64,000 nt of DNA, from NCBI GenBank assembly GCA_951406725.2, contig OX597816.1, positions 97,526,001 to 97,590,000 of the forward strand, written 5' to 3'. The DNA is from Octopus vulgaris. Taxonomy: Eukaryota. Under the pieces are notes generated by a model. It ran no database searches. It was given only the letters and a program-made list of their open reading frames with translations, and was not told the DNA's origin. Both the position numbers and the translations under genes were made by a program. How positions within the stretch are numbered: position 1 is the stretch's first letter; each line of letters begins with the position of its first letter. This document shows, in pieces, positions 1-11,900 of the stretch.

Positions 1-583
1 ATTCCAATGGCTGATGACTGTCTAATATCACAAGGTAGTTGTTTCGATTCTCCGATCTCGGAGCTAGTTATGCTTTGAAATATTTGATGGTTAAATGATA
101 GGTATACTGAGTTCTATTTCTCCTGTTTGTTCTATCAAATCTTTATATAAATGGCTGCATCTACACATATATGCTCATACATACATCTATTCACACACAC
201 TCACACACACACACACACACAAATACACAAATGCATGCACACACTCACAAACACATGTAAACACATGTTGCAGCTTTCTAACACCTTGTCAACACTCGAA
301 CCGAAAAGAAATCTAATACCACTAAAACAAAAGTTGGAAAACCACTTTTAAGCGAGAAACTCATGACTGAGTTACTATTTCTAAACGTCTAATGATTTGT
401 AATAAACTCAGTTCATTCCAATTTATTCCAATTTTTTTGTATATATTCAACGGATACTTGTGGATTTCCACATTTATATCTAGTAAAAGAATACGTCCTA
501 CTGCATGTTAGCATCTAATAATCGATAAACGAAGAACAGCGTTGGAAAGCACGCCATAAAGTGTGTGCGTCAGTGTGTATATA

Positions 584-667
<84 letters not shown>

Positions 668-1064
668 ATAGATAGGCAAATTTTAGATAGGCAAAAGAAG
701 CAAAATTGTCAGAGCACGATTGTTCCATAGACTTTATGAACACAATACACGCGTAACACCACAGCTGCGTATTAAACTAACATTCTCCATAAAACATAAT
801 GTTGAAACGGAGCTATTTTCATATCTCGAAGTTAACTTGGTGCTTATTTAACGTAATATAATACATTACGCTCCTTTTAAAAGTTATATTTAATAAAGAT
901 TTACAATACACTAAGGACTAATATATTAAGGCACATCACCGCAACACCACGCTACCAAATTTGATCAAATTACTTATTAACGCAAAGTAGAAGTAAATGT
1001 TATTATAAGCATGGATTTCATAAAGATATGTGTAACGATTAAACTGACAGGGCTTAAACAACGC

Positions 1065-1097
1065 GTGTGTGTGTGTGTGTGTGTATATATATGTATA

Positions 1098-1162
<65 letters not shown>

Positions 1163-1217
1163 GTGTGTGTACATGCATACATAAATATATATACGTACAT
1201 TCATATATATATGTATG

Positions 1218-1287
<70 letters not shown>

Positions 1288-1290
1288 CAT
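1065..1290. repeat. (TG)n/(TA)n compound microsatellite, representative of dozens in the window
   Basis: Directly visible; similar tracts near 578, 1440, 6850, 7725, 19150, 20450, 21745, 38770, 39910, 43030, 43790 and 60170. Confidence 0.97.
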
Positions 1291-1463
1291 AGATAAATAG
1301 ACAGGCAGATAGCAAATTAGATACCTAAGTAGATAGATAGATTCACACATAATCATCCCTCTTGATCGAAATCGGCTTTTTGATGAATGTATTAATATTT
1401 ACAGACTAGCGGATAAAATTTCTTACTTACAGACATGCATATACACATACACACACACACACG

Positions 1464-1556
<93 letters not shown>

Positions 1557-2073
1557 GTATATATATATATACATACATATATTAATGGCATGTGATGATA
1601 ATATTTATTAATTTCTGTTTATGTGTCTAATTACTATGAAGCTAGCAGATACGAACATTATTTTAATCTGTTAATGAATGGTTAATATGTTTGGTAACAG
1701 CAGTTATAAGTTGGTTGAACTTCAGTCAAGGAAAATATAACGTGATATGCTTGTTTTTCCACTTTTCATTGTACATGAAATGTTTATCCTACGTTCTTTG
1801 TATATAATTCAATCTATACGGAAATCAATCATTGTAAACATTTTTCAAACGGTATACACAATTATAAACATAGCAACATCTGCGATATGCGATGCTAACC
1901 GGTTTAGATATTGCTTTTAACTAATGCCTAATGTAGTTCTCTAGTTGAAAATTTTAACACAGCAACGTGGCTTTTGTAATTACGTACACCGAATCATACT
2001 TTCACCAGCATCTCTGATATAGTACTTATGCATCAATACAGAAAACATGTATTTTAACATATTAATGTAATCC

Positions 2074-2255
2074 AAAGTAGCGAGCTGGCTGAATATTTAC
2101 CAAACCGGGGAAAATGTGGAGCGACTTTTCGTCCGTTTTTACGTTCTGAGTTCAAATTTCGCGGCTGTAGACCTTGCTTTTCATCTTGTTGTGAACGATA
2201 AAATAAGTACCAATTAATTACTGGGTACGATATAATTGCTGGCGTTGAGCCCAAA
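2074..2255 (+). mobile_element. SINE family A copy
   Basis: Shares consensus GGCGAGCTGGCAGAA...TTACGTTCTGAGTTCAAATTCC...CGATAAAATAAGTACCA with about 10 other copies in the window. Confidence 0.75.
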
Positions 2256-3089
2256 AAGGAAACAAATAACCCAAAACAACAAAAACAAGCAATAATTAAT
2301 TTTCTTGAGTGTGTGATGTATTTTGCCTTTTCTTTATCCCTATATCAGAAAATAGGTTTTCGAATATTAACAATGCATTACGTTATAGACGGCAAACTTT
2401 ACTGAGAACGGTTTAAATATAGTCTTTCAAGATGTCACATCTAGCAATCCAAAACGTGAAAAACAGAGAGAGACTACAGAAGAACAGAATAGATAAGCCG
2501 TTGGCATCGAGAACAATTGGAGGTCGAGGGATACGGTCGAGAAAGTATCTAGTAAAACTATCACTTGCTCTGGTCTGTTCCGTCGCAATAACTCACAGAG
2601 TATCTTGGGCAATTTTCAGACTTTGCAGAGTTCATCACTCACCCTATGCGCAATCACCTAATTGCTTCCAATAAGAAAGAGAAAGAGAGACCGAAAGAAA
2701 TACGCACAAGCGTACAGTTTCAGAAATAGATAGATACTAGAGAGAGAGAGAGAGGAGGGAAGATGAAATCTCCACGGTATTTAAACTCAAATTGCAGTGA
2801 CCCAGAACGGTTGTCGCAACCCCATCTAGCCACATTAAAAAAGGGCGGTCAATTTGCCACTTAAATCAGGCACTACAGAAATCGTGAAAATAGATTTACT
2901 AAAGCGATGGAATGTGATAATATTATTATATGATAGTTTCCATCAAGTATGTTATATTGGAATTTGCAGTTATTGTCGTTGACCCTAGATGAATCCTCAA
3001 AATGAAGACCTGTTATTAAAAGCACTCCATCTGTAATCATTTGACCTTCACTAGCAATTCGATATACTGCGCAGAGAATATCTCGTTAA

Positions 3090-3990
3090 ATCCAGAATTA
3101 GGGTGTTGCGTCGATAATTAACATGCTAAGAAAATTTGCCCTTCTAATTTTGAGATTTTCCAAAAACACTCACCTTATTATAATGAAGCCCTGCGAGAGG
3201 CGGGATATAATAATAAAATCAAATTTTGCAATAATTTTAAATATGATTATAATATAAAAGATTCTAATATAAATGATTCCTATATATTTTTATAATAATA
3301 AACCTAGCATTAAGAATTATGATATTTTTATTTAAGTAATTATGGTATTAATATGTATTATGATAATACAAAACATAAATATAATAATAGATTAAAATAA
3401 GATTAAATTTAATTCATTTAATGATAATAATAAATTTAATTATATAAAAATAAATATAATAATATTAATAATAAGAACAAAATTTGGTTAATTATTCCTT
3501 ATGGAGCTCAAGTTAAAACAAACATTATTAAAGAGATTTTAACTATAATTGAAGTATTCATTAGAAATTATTTCTAGTAATAATTTTGGAGTTGGTTATT
3601 CTACTACTAATAATGATGGTAAAATTATTTCTTCTTTTAATAAATGTAAGCTTAATAAGTTTTACAAATCAAATTAAATAATTATTCCAACGATAATAAT
3701 AATATAATTAATTGTACGTGTAGAGATAAAACTAAATGTAATGTCGATGATGTAGTATATAAATATGTAGTGACTTTGGTGATAATAATAGGAATGGTTA
3801 GAATTTAAATGCAGTTTACATAGGGTCGACTTCTAATAAAATTATATTACGGGTGGATCAACATATGATATCTTTTAAGAATAGAAATTAAATTAATTCC
3901 CTAGACGAACGAAAAGTTAAATTTAGACATAAATTATATTATAGATATTAAATTTCTAAATGTCTCAAAGAGACATGGGCGGTGGTGGAG
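3090..3990 (+). pseudogene. Decayed Penelope-like retroelement (RT-EN linker and start of GIY-YIG endonuclease)
   Basis: Manual translation gives YYNEALREAGY (~3176-3210), IWFN-(frameshift)-PYGAQVKTNI (~3482-3525, cf. PLE IWFNPPYS..VKTNIG) and NCTCRDKTKCNVDDVVYKYVVT (~3710-3775, cf. CxCR...C...VVYK..VT). Many stops and frameshifts. Confidence 0.72.
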
Positions 3991-4159
3991 CGATGGAGTG
4001 GTTGTATACTGTCAACATAACGAGACAGTCCCGTAAGGGAATTACCACACCGCTGTTTAGCCCTAGGAAGCATCGACGCTTCCTGTCGGCCTTGACACAT
4101 TTCCTGTGTCCTTATATTTGCGAAGGGGAGGCAAGCACCCCCGCCAGCTAGGATTTACA

Positions 4160-4206
4160 CCTGAGGACATGCATGTTCCTGGGTCTTAACCCGTCATCAG
4201 CCCAGG
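4160..4206 (-). ncRNA. Hammerhead ribozyme, second copy, core mutated (GAAA to GGAA)
   Basis: Reverse complement matches 4364-4410 except a substitution at 4178 in the conserved GAAA. Confidence 0.75.
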
Positions 4207-4363
4207 ACAGTGAGGCCTGCTGGTTGAGATGCCTGTCTAGCCTTCGCAAATATATATATTTACAGTGAAATCTATTCACTGGTCACCGTAATTAGAAATA
4301 TTAAATTTCTAAATATCTCAATGGCCCATATAATAAAGATATTCAACTAGCAGGTCTCACTAT

Positions 4364-4410
4364 CCTGGGCTGATGACGGGTTAAGACCCAGAAACATGCA
4401 TGTCCTCAGG
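4364..4410 (+). ncRNA. Minimal type I hammerhead ribozyme
   Basis: CCUGGG-CUGAUGA-C-GGGU(UAAG)ACCC-A-GAAAC-AUGCAU-GUC^-CUCAGG. Intact core, 6-bp stem I, 4-bp stem II, palindromic stem III ACAUGCAUGU, GUC cleavage triplet at 4402-4404. Confidence 0.85.
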
Positions 4411-5007
4411 TGTGAATCCTAGCTGGTGGGGGTGCTTGCCTCCCCTTCGCAAATATAAGGACACAGGAAATGTGTCAAGGCCAACAGGAAGCGTTGATGC
4501 TTCCTAGGGCTAAACAGCGGTGTGGTAATTCCCTTACGGGACTGTCACGTTGCGTTGACAGTATACAACCACTCTAAATTATATTACTTATATAATAAGT
4601 TTAGATTATTTGTGTATATATATATAAACCCTGTTTTATATTACTAATTGTTGTAGTTTTAATTTGCAGTAGTAAAATGTGTATAAATTAGCTCGATATT
4701 ATATAGTCTATATTGCATAATTAGAATAAGTTGAAAATTAGATGTTTATATAATAAATAAATTAATTAATGAAAATATATTAAATTATAGAATTTTAGCT
4801 TAATTTATGTTTGTTATATTATGTATTTTACGTCTTTAGTATTTAAATTATTTAGACTTTACAATTTTTCCAGTTAATAGTATATTAAATTTAATATTTT
4901 TCCTTATTCTTACAACTGAAATGCATTTGTAATTTTAATAACTTAAATACATATTTCTATCTATTTCTTCTATAAATTCTATTTACGCCATATTTCCACG
5001 CGATATA

Positions 5008-5405
5008 TCTTTATATATAAGAGAGAAGTTGCGTGTCTGTCTCCTACGATTTAGATTCTTAACTACTCCCACATTTTGCGGTGCAGTTTAACCAAAAGCG
5101 GGTATCTTATAGTCGTGATTCATATCGAGCCCTTCTGGGTATTAGCGCGCGTCTACGATGAGTCTACGATTAAAATAAAATTTACCATCATTTTTTTCCA
5201 TTTTAATGCATTTTTTTCGCTATTATATAAGGGAAGTAACTCTCTAAAAATGTCTACAATGAGTCAACGATTTAAAAAAAATTTACCAACATTTTTCTTT
5301 CCATTCTTAATGCATTTTTTTTCTATTTTGGGGGTTTAACTCTCTAAAAATGCTTTTATAGTTATTTCCCTTACAAACCCGAGCAATGCCGGGCGATACT
5401 ACTAG
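5008..5405 (+). mobile_element. Non-autonomous Helitron
   Basis: Starts A|TC at 5007/5008; 3' hairpin CCCGAGC-AAT-GCCGGG (5378-5393); ends CTAG|T at 5402-5406. Second copy at 28221-28593. Confidence 0.85.
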
Positions 5406-6452
5406 TTTCTTAGTTCGACGTTTTACGTTTAAATTTTTAGTTAACAAAAATCCTTCGACAAGATAAGTTATAATTTTACTTTTGTGGTCCGAAAAACGGG
5501 ATGTGGTGTGGTGGAGGCCTCGGAAATTTCGCCCCCATACTCATTCACGTTTTCACCATCTATTTTTCAATGTACATGGAAAAATACGGAGATTAGGAAT
5601 ATGGAAAACATTTGTTTTTAATCTCAAATTTACCATGAAAAACTCCAGGCAAATTTTTAGATAACAATCGCACGATTTTCGCAAATAAAAAAAGTCGGAC
5701 TTTTTGCATGGAATCAACTATTCTGACCTCCTAATATGCTACAAAACCATTTTTTGTGGTCCGAGAAACCGGGTGGGGTGAGGTGGAGCCTCGGAAATTT
5801 TACCCATTTATATTGTGTAATTCACTGACAAATTGTTACCTACCTCTTTGCTTCTAAGTTGTTAAATAAATGGATTCTCAACAAAAAACATTTTTCCTCG
5901 GCGTAAAATGAAAACAAAACTTTTCGCACCCAAAGTAATGTGTGTGTGAGAGAAGGGGGGAAGAAAGATGAACGATTTAAAATAAATAAATGATTTAAAA
6001 TAAATATATTTTAATTGTGTGAGATAGTATATACAATCTGATTATAAAATATAGTGTCTTTCAAATCATCCTAAATTTGAATATTATATCTCGTGTTTAA
6101 GAAAAAAAAAACATTTTATATTTTTATTTTTGGTGAACGCTGTCAATAATTTTCTCTCTCCATCACACACACACATACATCAACACACCACTTCTCTCTC
6201 CCTCACACTTCTCTCTCTCCCTCACACACACACAGACACACGCATTTTCACTTCGCTATGGCAAGAAGGGATTTAACTCATGTTAGCAAACTTCAAGATT
6301 GGTAAAAGTTAAGGTTGAAAATCGATTTTTACCGCTACCCGCGGGTGCCTCGGGAAAAATAATTTGACAAAAATACAGCTAGATCGTGACGAATGTCCTC
6401 CTAAAATTGGAGCGACATGCGTGCTAATTGGTGGACGTGCGTAAATTACATT

Positions 6453-6504
<52 letters not shown>

Positions 6505-6536
6505 TACACACACATCCTGCCTTTTATATATACAGA
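5402..6536 (-). mobile_element. Probable non-autonomous Helitron-like element on minus strand
   Basis: Minus strand begins ATCTGTATATATAAAAGGCAG, similar to 27152 ATCTCTTGTTATAAAAGGCAG. Internal direct repeats at ~5480-5540 and ~5753-5810. Ends in CTAG after a weak ACGT-AAA-ACGT-like hairpin. Confidence 0.45.
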
Positions 6537-6538
6537 TG

Positions 6539-6723
6539 TTATAAAATGAGTGCAGGAGAATTACGTCAAAAATCATCACAGAAGTTATAAGTCCAAAATA
6601 ATATTGAATTAATAGATAGATGTATAAATATATAAAGTATGAGTATTTAAAAGGTTTAAACCTTTTAAATAATGATACTCCAGCGATGACATTTGACGTA
6701 ATTTTCCTGCACTTATTTTATAA
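6539..6723. repeat. Foldback element with ~32-50 bp inverted arms
   Basis: TTATAAAATGAGTGCAGGAGAATTACGTCAAA / TTTGACGTAATTTTCCTGCACTTATTTTATAA. Confidence 0.8.
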
Positions 6724-6845
6724 TATAATATTTAATCGCTGTTGTTAAATGTCTAAAAACTTTAATGTTTCAGACATTTCCCTACGAAGTGCACTTATTA
6801 AAAAAAGCTCAGTATATTGTATTATCATTGAAAATATTTGACTAA

Positions 6846-6908
<63 letters not shown>

Positions 6909-7019
6909 TATAGTTTCACGCACAGCGTTGAAGAATCTTTTTCAGCGTGTGCTATAAATGTTACCTTGGACAAATAGTTGAATAATGCTAGAAGACTGAT
7001 TGACAACACTAATTATATT

Positions 7020-7228
7020 CTTTTCTACTCTAGGCGCAAAGTCTAGAATTTTTGGATAGGGGGCCAGTCGATTAGATCGACCCCAGGACGCAACTGGTAC
7101 TTAAGTTATCGACCACGAAAGATGAAAGGCAAAGTCGACCTCGGTGGAATTTCAAATCAGAACGTAAAGACAACACGAACTACCGCTTAACCCCGCGTGC
7201 TAACGTTCCATCCAGCTCACCGCCTTAC
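7020..7228 (-). mobile_element. SINE family A copy
   Basis: Reverse complement of the family A consensus. Confidence 0.8.
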
Positions 7229-7399
7229 AAGGCTGATTATATTGAACTAAGATGAAGCAATTGCAAGTCAATGTAGGAAAATATATTACCCATCGATTCT
7301 TTATTTCTCAACATAAAAACGCTATGGATATTTGTGAGCCTTCACAACAAATAATTTACTGGTTTATACGTTTTGTTTCACAGCATATATCTGTGGATG

Positions 7400-7612
7400 A
7401 ACTCAATACCATAAAAGACTAGGGTTACACTGGCACTCTGTAGGGTACGACGACGGGGGTGGTCAGTTGATCCAATCAACAGAAAAGCCTGCTCGTGAAA
7501 TAAAGGCACTACTCATTTCTTGCTCAAGGACACAACGTGTCACCGGTTATTGATTTCACAACCTTACGATCGTCATCCGAATGTCCTAATCACTAAGCCA
7601 CACGCCTTCACG
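7400..7612 (-). mobile_element. tRNA-derived SINE, family C-like head
   Basis: Minus strand GGCGTGTGGCTTAGTGATTAGG...TGTGTCCTTGAGCAAG. Confidence 0.7.
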
Positions 7613-7723
7613 CAAGTGCTATATTCTCCGATAAATTTATTATACATACATATATACAAATATACTTGCATGCATAGATACATACATACACACATATCTC
7701 TGTACCTATATGTATAATATAAT

Positions 7724-7772
<49 letters not shown>

Positions 7773-7839
7773 TCATGCTTGATATCACTGGGAAACTGGT
7801 AGATTGTTGACGACTTTTTAAAGAAAAGAAGTCAGTCTG

Positions 7840-8448
7840 TTGCAGCTAATGGTGCTCTCTCTGGGGAGGCATCAAACTGCAGCAGATTTCCTCAGAGAAC
7901 TGTACTGGGACCGCTACTGTTTCTAGTGCCCTCATTCGTACAGTCAGTCACCCTCACCAGTCAGGCGGTCAAGGAACCTGATGACAGTAAAACAGTAAAA
8001 TGGCCTGTATGCAATATACAAATGGGCTGATAAAAATAACATGCAGTTCAATGCTGATAAGTTTCAAGCATTCAACGGGAATACATAGAAACAGGGGTTA
8101 GAACAATCCCAGAGTTAGAATCGGTGCATGACTTGGGAATCCACATGAGTAGTGATGCAACATTCTATGCACATGCTGCCGGGATGGCAACATTGTGTTG
8201 GCGAGTAGCTGGATGGGTCCTTAAATCATTGAGAACGAGGAATAAGAATACCTTACTACTCCTATGGAGAATATTTGTCCTCAGTCATCTGGATTAGTAC
8301 TCCCAGTTGTTGTCACCGCTGAGCGTCAAATTGGTGGCGTAATTTATTACAATCCAGCGCCGGAACACAAAGAAGTTTGACTTGGTGAAACAGATGAGGT
8401 ACTGCGAGAAGCTACAACAACTGAACCTGTACACCCTGGAGAGAAGGT
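7840..8448 (+). pseudogene. CR1-clade LINE reverse transcriptase fragment
   Basis: Degenerate motifs FPQRTVLGPLLFL, NNMQFNADKF and DLGI; similar to 26570-26930. Confidence 0.75.
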
Positions 8449-8469
8449 GGGCAAAAAAAAAAAAAAACA

Positions 8470-8770
8470 GTCTAGATTTGTCAAAAGATCCACTCCTATT
8501 TTATTGCAAGACAACGCCAGACTACATATCACAGAAATAACATTGGCGAAACTAAAAGATTTGCAGTTGGAAGTTATCCATCAACTACCATACTTACCTG
8601 ATCTTGCCCCCACTGACTACCACTTCTTCCAGAATCTGGATACCTTTTTGATAGGGAAAAAAAAATTAATTCCATTCTTTTGTAGTTCTGGGCTGGACAA
8701 GTTACCGCTAAAATGGCAAAAATGTATTTACAATATGGGTATTCTCTTCTACAAATTTCATATTGACGAC
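8470..8770 (+). pseudogene. Mariner transposase C-terminal fragment
   Basis: ILLQDNARLH...PYLPDLAPTDYHFF...GLDKLPLKWQKC matches mariner HDNARPH / YSPDLAPSDY motifs. Confidence 0.88.
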
Positions 8771-9816
8771 CTAATATTGTGATATAGCTCCTAAAGAGTT
8801 AAATTTCCAAAGTAAAGACTTAATTTTTATGCTTGCCTTTTTTCATATATAGTCCATCTATAATTAAGTTTAAAATTTCTGATTGTGATTTCAGGTAGGT
8901 TTCGTTGCTGTTTACATCAGATCGGGCGTCCCCGTCGAGGCTTCTCATTGGCTTCTTCAGTATGAAACAGTGAATATATTACAGAGAAAGATATTGCAAC
9001 ACACGTCTTAACATCTATAATACAAAGTTATTCAACCATGAACCTGTACCTGTGATTATATGACATCAATCAACTATCTCTATTCAGCTATGTACTACGT
9101 GAGATAAATAAGCTATTGATTGATCGACTGATTGTTTGATTGATCAATCGGTCGATCGACATTGTGAATATGGTTTTCGTTTAACAAGTGCGTGAACAAT
9201 TTATGAAGTAAACTGCCGAAGGTCACATAGGTAATTTAGTTTCGATAATATATTTATTCATACAGTCACCAGCAGTAAAATCAGTAAAATCGAATTAATA
9301 GCTGATTCAATATTGTGAAGCATTGTGAAAATAATGTTGTACTCTGCTACATTACTTCAGATATTATTAACAGAAAGGTGAATCTGTCTAGAAGTCAAGA
9401 GGTTTGTTGACAACGAAGTCTTTTACTAAAAATACGTAGGTATGTGAATAGTAAAAGCCACTCTCAACAATGTTAGTAGATATTTATATTCTCTTAATGA
9501 TCGTTATCCTGAAATATTATTGTAATTAGATTCATTCGTGAATTATGAACTCTCGGTTAAGGAGTATTTCTGAAGCTATTTCAACTATTGTTATTTCTTA
9601 TTCTAAGAGAGAAATATATTATTCAACTCCGTTAATGTTACATAAACAATGACACACTATATTTTAGTGAAATACTTATTAACTTCTAAAGCAATGATAA
9701 CGTGATGATTTAAGTTGCAATTAGGAATTCACTGTAAATTGGCAAGGAAGCCGTATTTTAATTAAAAACACGATACATTTTAATACTGATTTAGATGTGT
9801 AGTGCTGAAACAAATA

Positions 9817-10041
<225 letters not shown>

Positions 10042-10379
10042 AAAAATAATTTGTCAGCTATAACTGTGCCTTTTTATAATTGTATTAATAACTGTTTCTA
10101 ATTGAAGCACAGGACCGAATGGATGAGAAGCTAAGTTGAACTCGGTGAGACATGAATCAAGAAAATAAAGAGTCGAAATAAATGCAGCGTTTACTGACAG
10201 TTCAATGATTATGCCAGTCTTCTGAATTTTATGAAGTATATCACCACATGTCATGGTTTGTGAACTGAGACATAATATTTGACTTCATTGATACATATCT
10301 TCTGAATGGAGGGGGTGGGGTCAAAGTCAATCCTAGTAGTAAAGTAAAAAGAAAACGAAATTAATATTTCCAAGCCTTC

Positions 10380-10812
10380 TAAGGCGGTGAGTTCGCAGTA
10401 TTGTTAGCACGCCGGTCAAGTGCTTAGCGTCATTTCGTCCGTCTTTTCTTTCTGAGTTCAATTCTAATGAGGTCGACTTTGCTCCTTATCTTTTGAGGGT
10501 CAATAAAATAATTACCAGTTTAAAACGGGCTCGATGTAATCGTCTTACCCTCTTCACCGAAATTGCTAACTTTGAGCCATTTTGAATACAATATTTCCTT
10601 GCATTCTAAGGCAGCGAGCTAGCAGAATTGTTACCACGCTGGACAAAAAATCCTAATGGCATTTTGTCTGTCCTTACGTTCTGAGTTCAAATTCCAAAAG
10701 ATGAACTTTACCTTTCATTCTTTCGGGGTCGATAAAATGAGTAGCGACGAATCGTTGAAATCGACTTAGCCCCTCCTTCAAAATTGCTGGCTAAGTCACA
10801 AAATTTGAAACA
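10380..10812 (+). mobile_element. Two tandem SINE family A copies (10380-10590, 10607-10812)
   Basis: Both start TAAGGC(G/A)G and share the TTCTGAGTTCAA B-box-like motif and TTTGAA tail. Confidence 0.82.
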
Positions 10813-10871
10813 GACGTTTCAAAGCATCCTGTTCGGTACTCTGCCGGTCCTATCGTCAATTATTCTCAAAC

Positions 10872-10935
<64 letters not shown>

Positions 10936-11704
10936 TTTATGCTAACCATAGCATTACATTCCTTGGGGAATGCTTCGCTTAGTTAAATCGATCCCGTTAT
11001 ACTACTAATGCTTTCTTTAATGACCCGAGAACGATGAAAGCGAAAACAAATCTCGAACAAAATTGAACTGCTTTTTAATATGTAATACAAGTGATTTATT
11101 ATAGTAATACAATCATAAAACTTCAGAAAGGGTATAGAACTTGGATTGATGAAGACAACAGAAGGTGAGTTCGGAACAAAAAGGACGTAATTAACGCAAC
11201 AGGTTATCTTGTAACTGGAAAAAATAAAGGAAACGATATTCAACGTGAATAGAGAACTACGGTTTTGTTGCTTGGGTCGCCTATATACTTCTCTATCAGA
11301 AACCAATACGTTCATGTTCCTTTTATGTGTTTGGAAGGCTTATAAAAGTTTAATGTACGTGCCAATAATTTGTTGCACTGGTTGCTAAATATACAATTTT
11401 TTGAATACAGTGCACAATCACTATATTCATTCTCAAATAATTCTTCAGCTATGGTCGAATTCAATAACTTGCTATGATTCGCCTAACTGTTCAAAAGTGT
11501 CTGACTGGATTTCAGTGACTTCTGCACGTTCACTGTTGCTGCACATCTGCATATACAACCGTAAGTAAATGTGATACGTTCATGAGAGCTCCAAATACCT
11601 TGTGAAATATAGCTTTCAGGCTTTGACCAGACTATTAAATGCCTTTTGCATGAGATCGCTGCCTTGAACATAATATACGTCTACATCACTTCCATGTTGA
11701 GCAT

Positions 11705-11900
11705 TTAAGATTTGGCACAAGGTCAGCAATTCCAGGAGAAGAGATAAGTTGATTACATCGACCCCCAGTGCTCAATTTGTTCTCATTTCTTTCGTCCCCG
11801 AGGGATGAATGACAAATTCGACCGCCAACATGTGAACTCAGAACGGAAGGACGAACGAAATGCCGCTAAGCATTTTGCCTGGCGAGCTAACATCTCTGCG
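11705..11900 (-). mobile_element. SINE family A copy
   Basis: Reverse complement of consensus. Confidence 0.78.

Larger units (their letters stand above)
3996..4574. repeat. 232-bp inverted repeat pair (3996-4227 / 4343-4574), probable inverted PLE pseudo-LTR
   Basis: Hand alignment of arm 1 reverse complement to arm 2 shows 11 differences in 232 bp, no indels, 10 of them transitions. Lies directly downstream of the PLE fragment. Confidence 0.93.

Noticed and set aside
936-1574. ORFs of poly-YI/HT/CV and poly-L/S/Y here and throughout the window
   Set aside because: Translations of microsatellites that lack stop codons.
3200-5000. Mitochondrial insertion (NUMT), suggested by extreme AT content
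   Set aside because: No recognisable mitochondrial rRNA, tRNA or protein motifs; PLE peptide motifs explain the region better.
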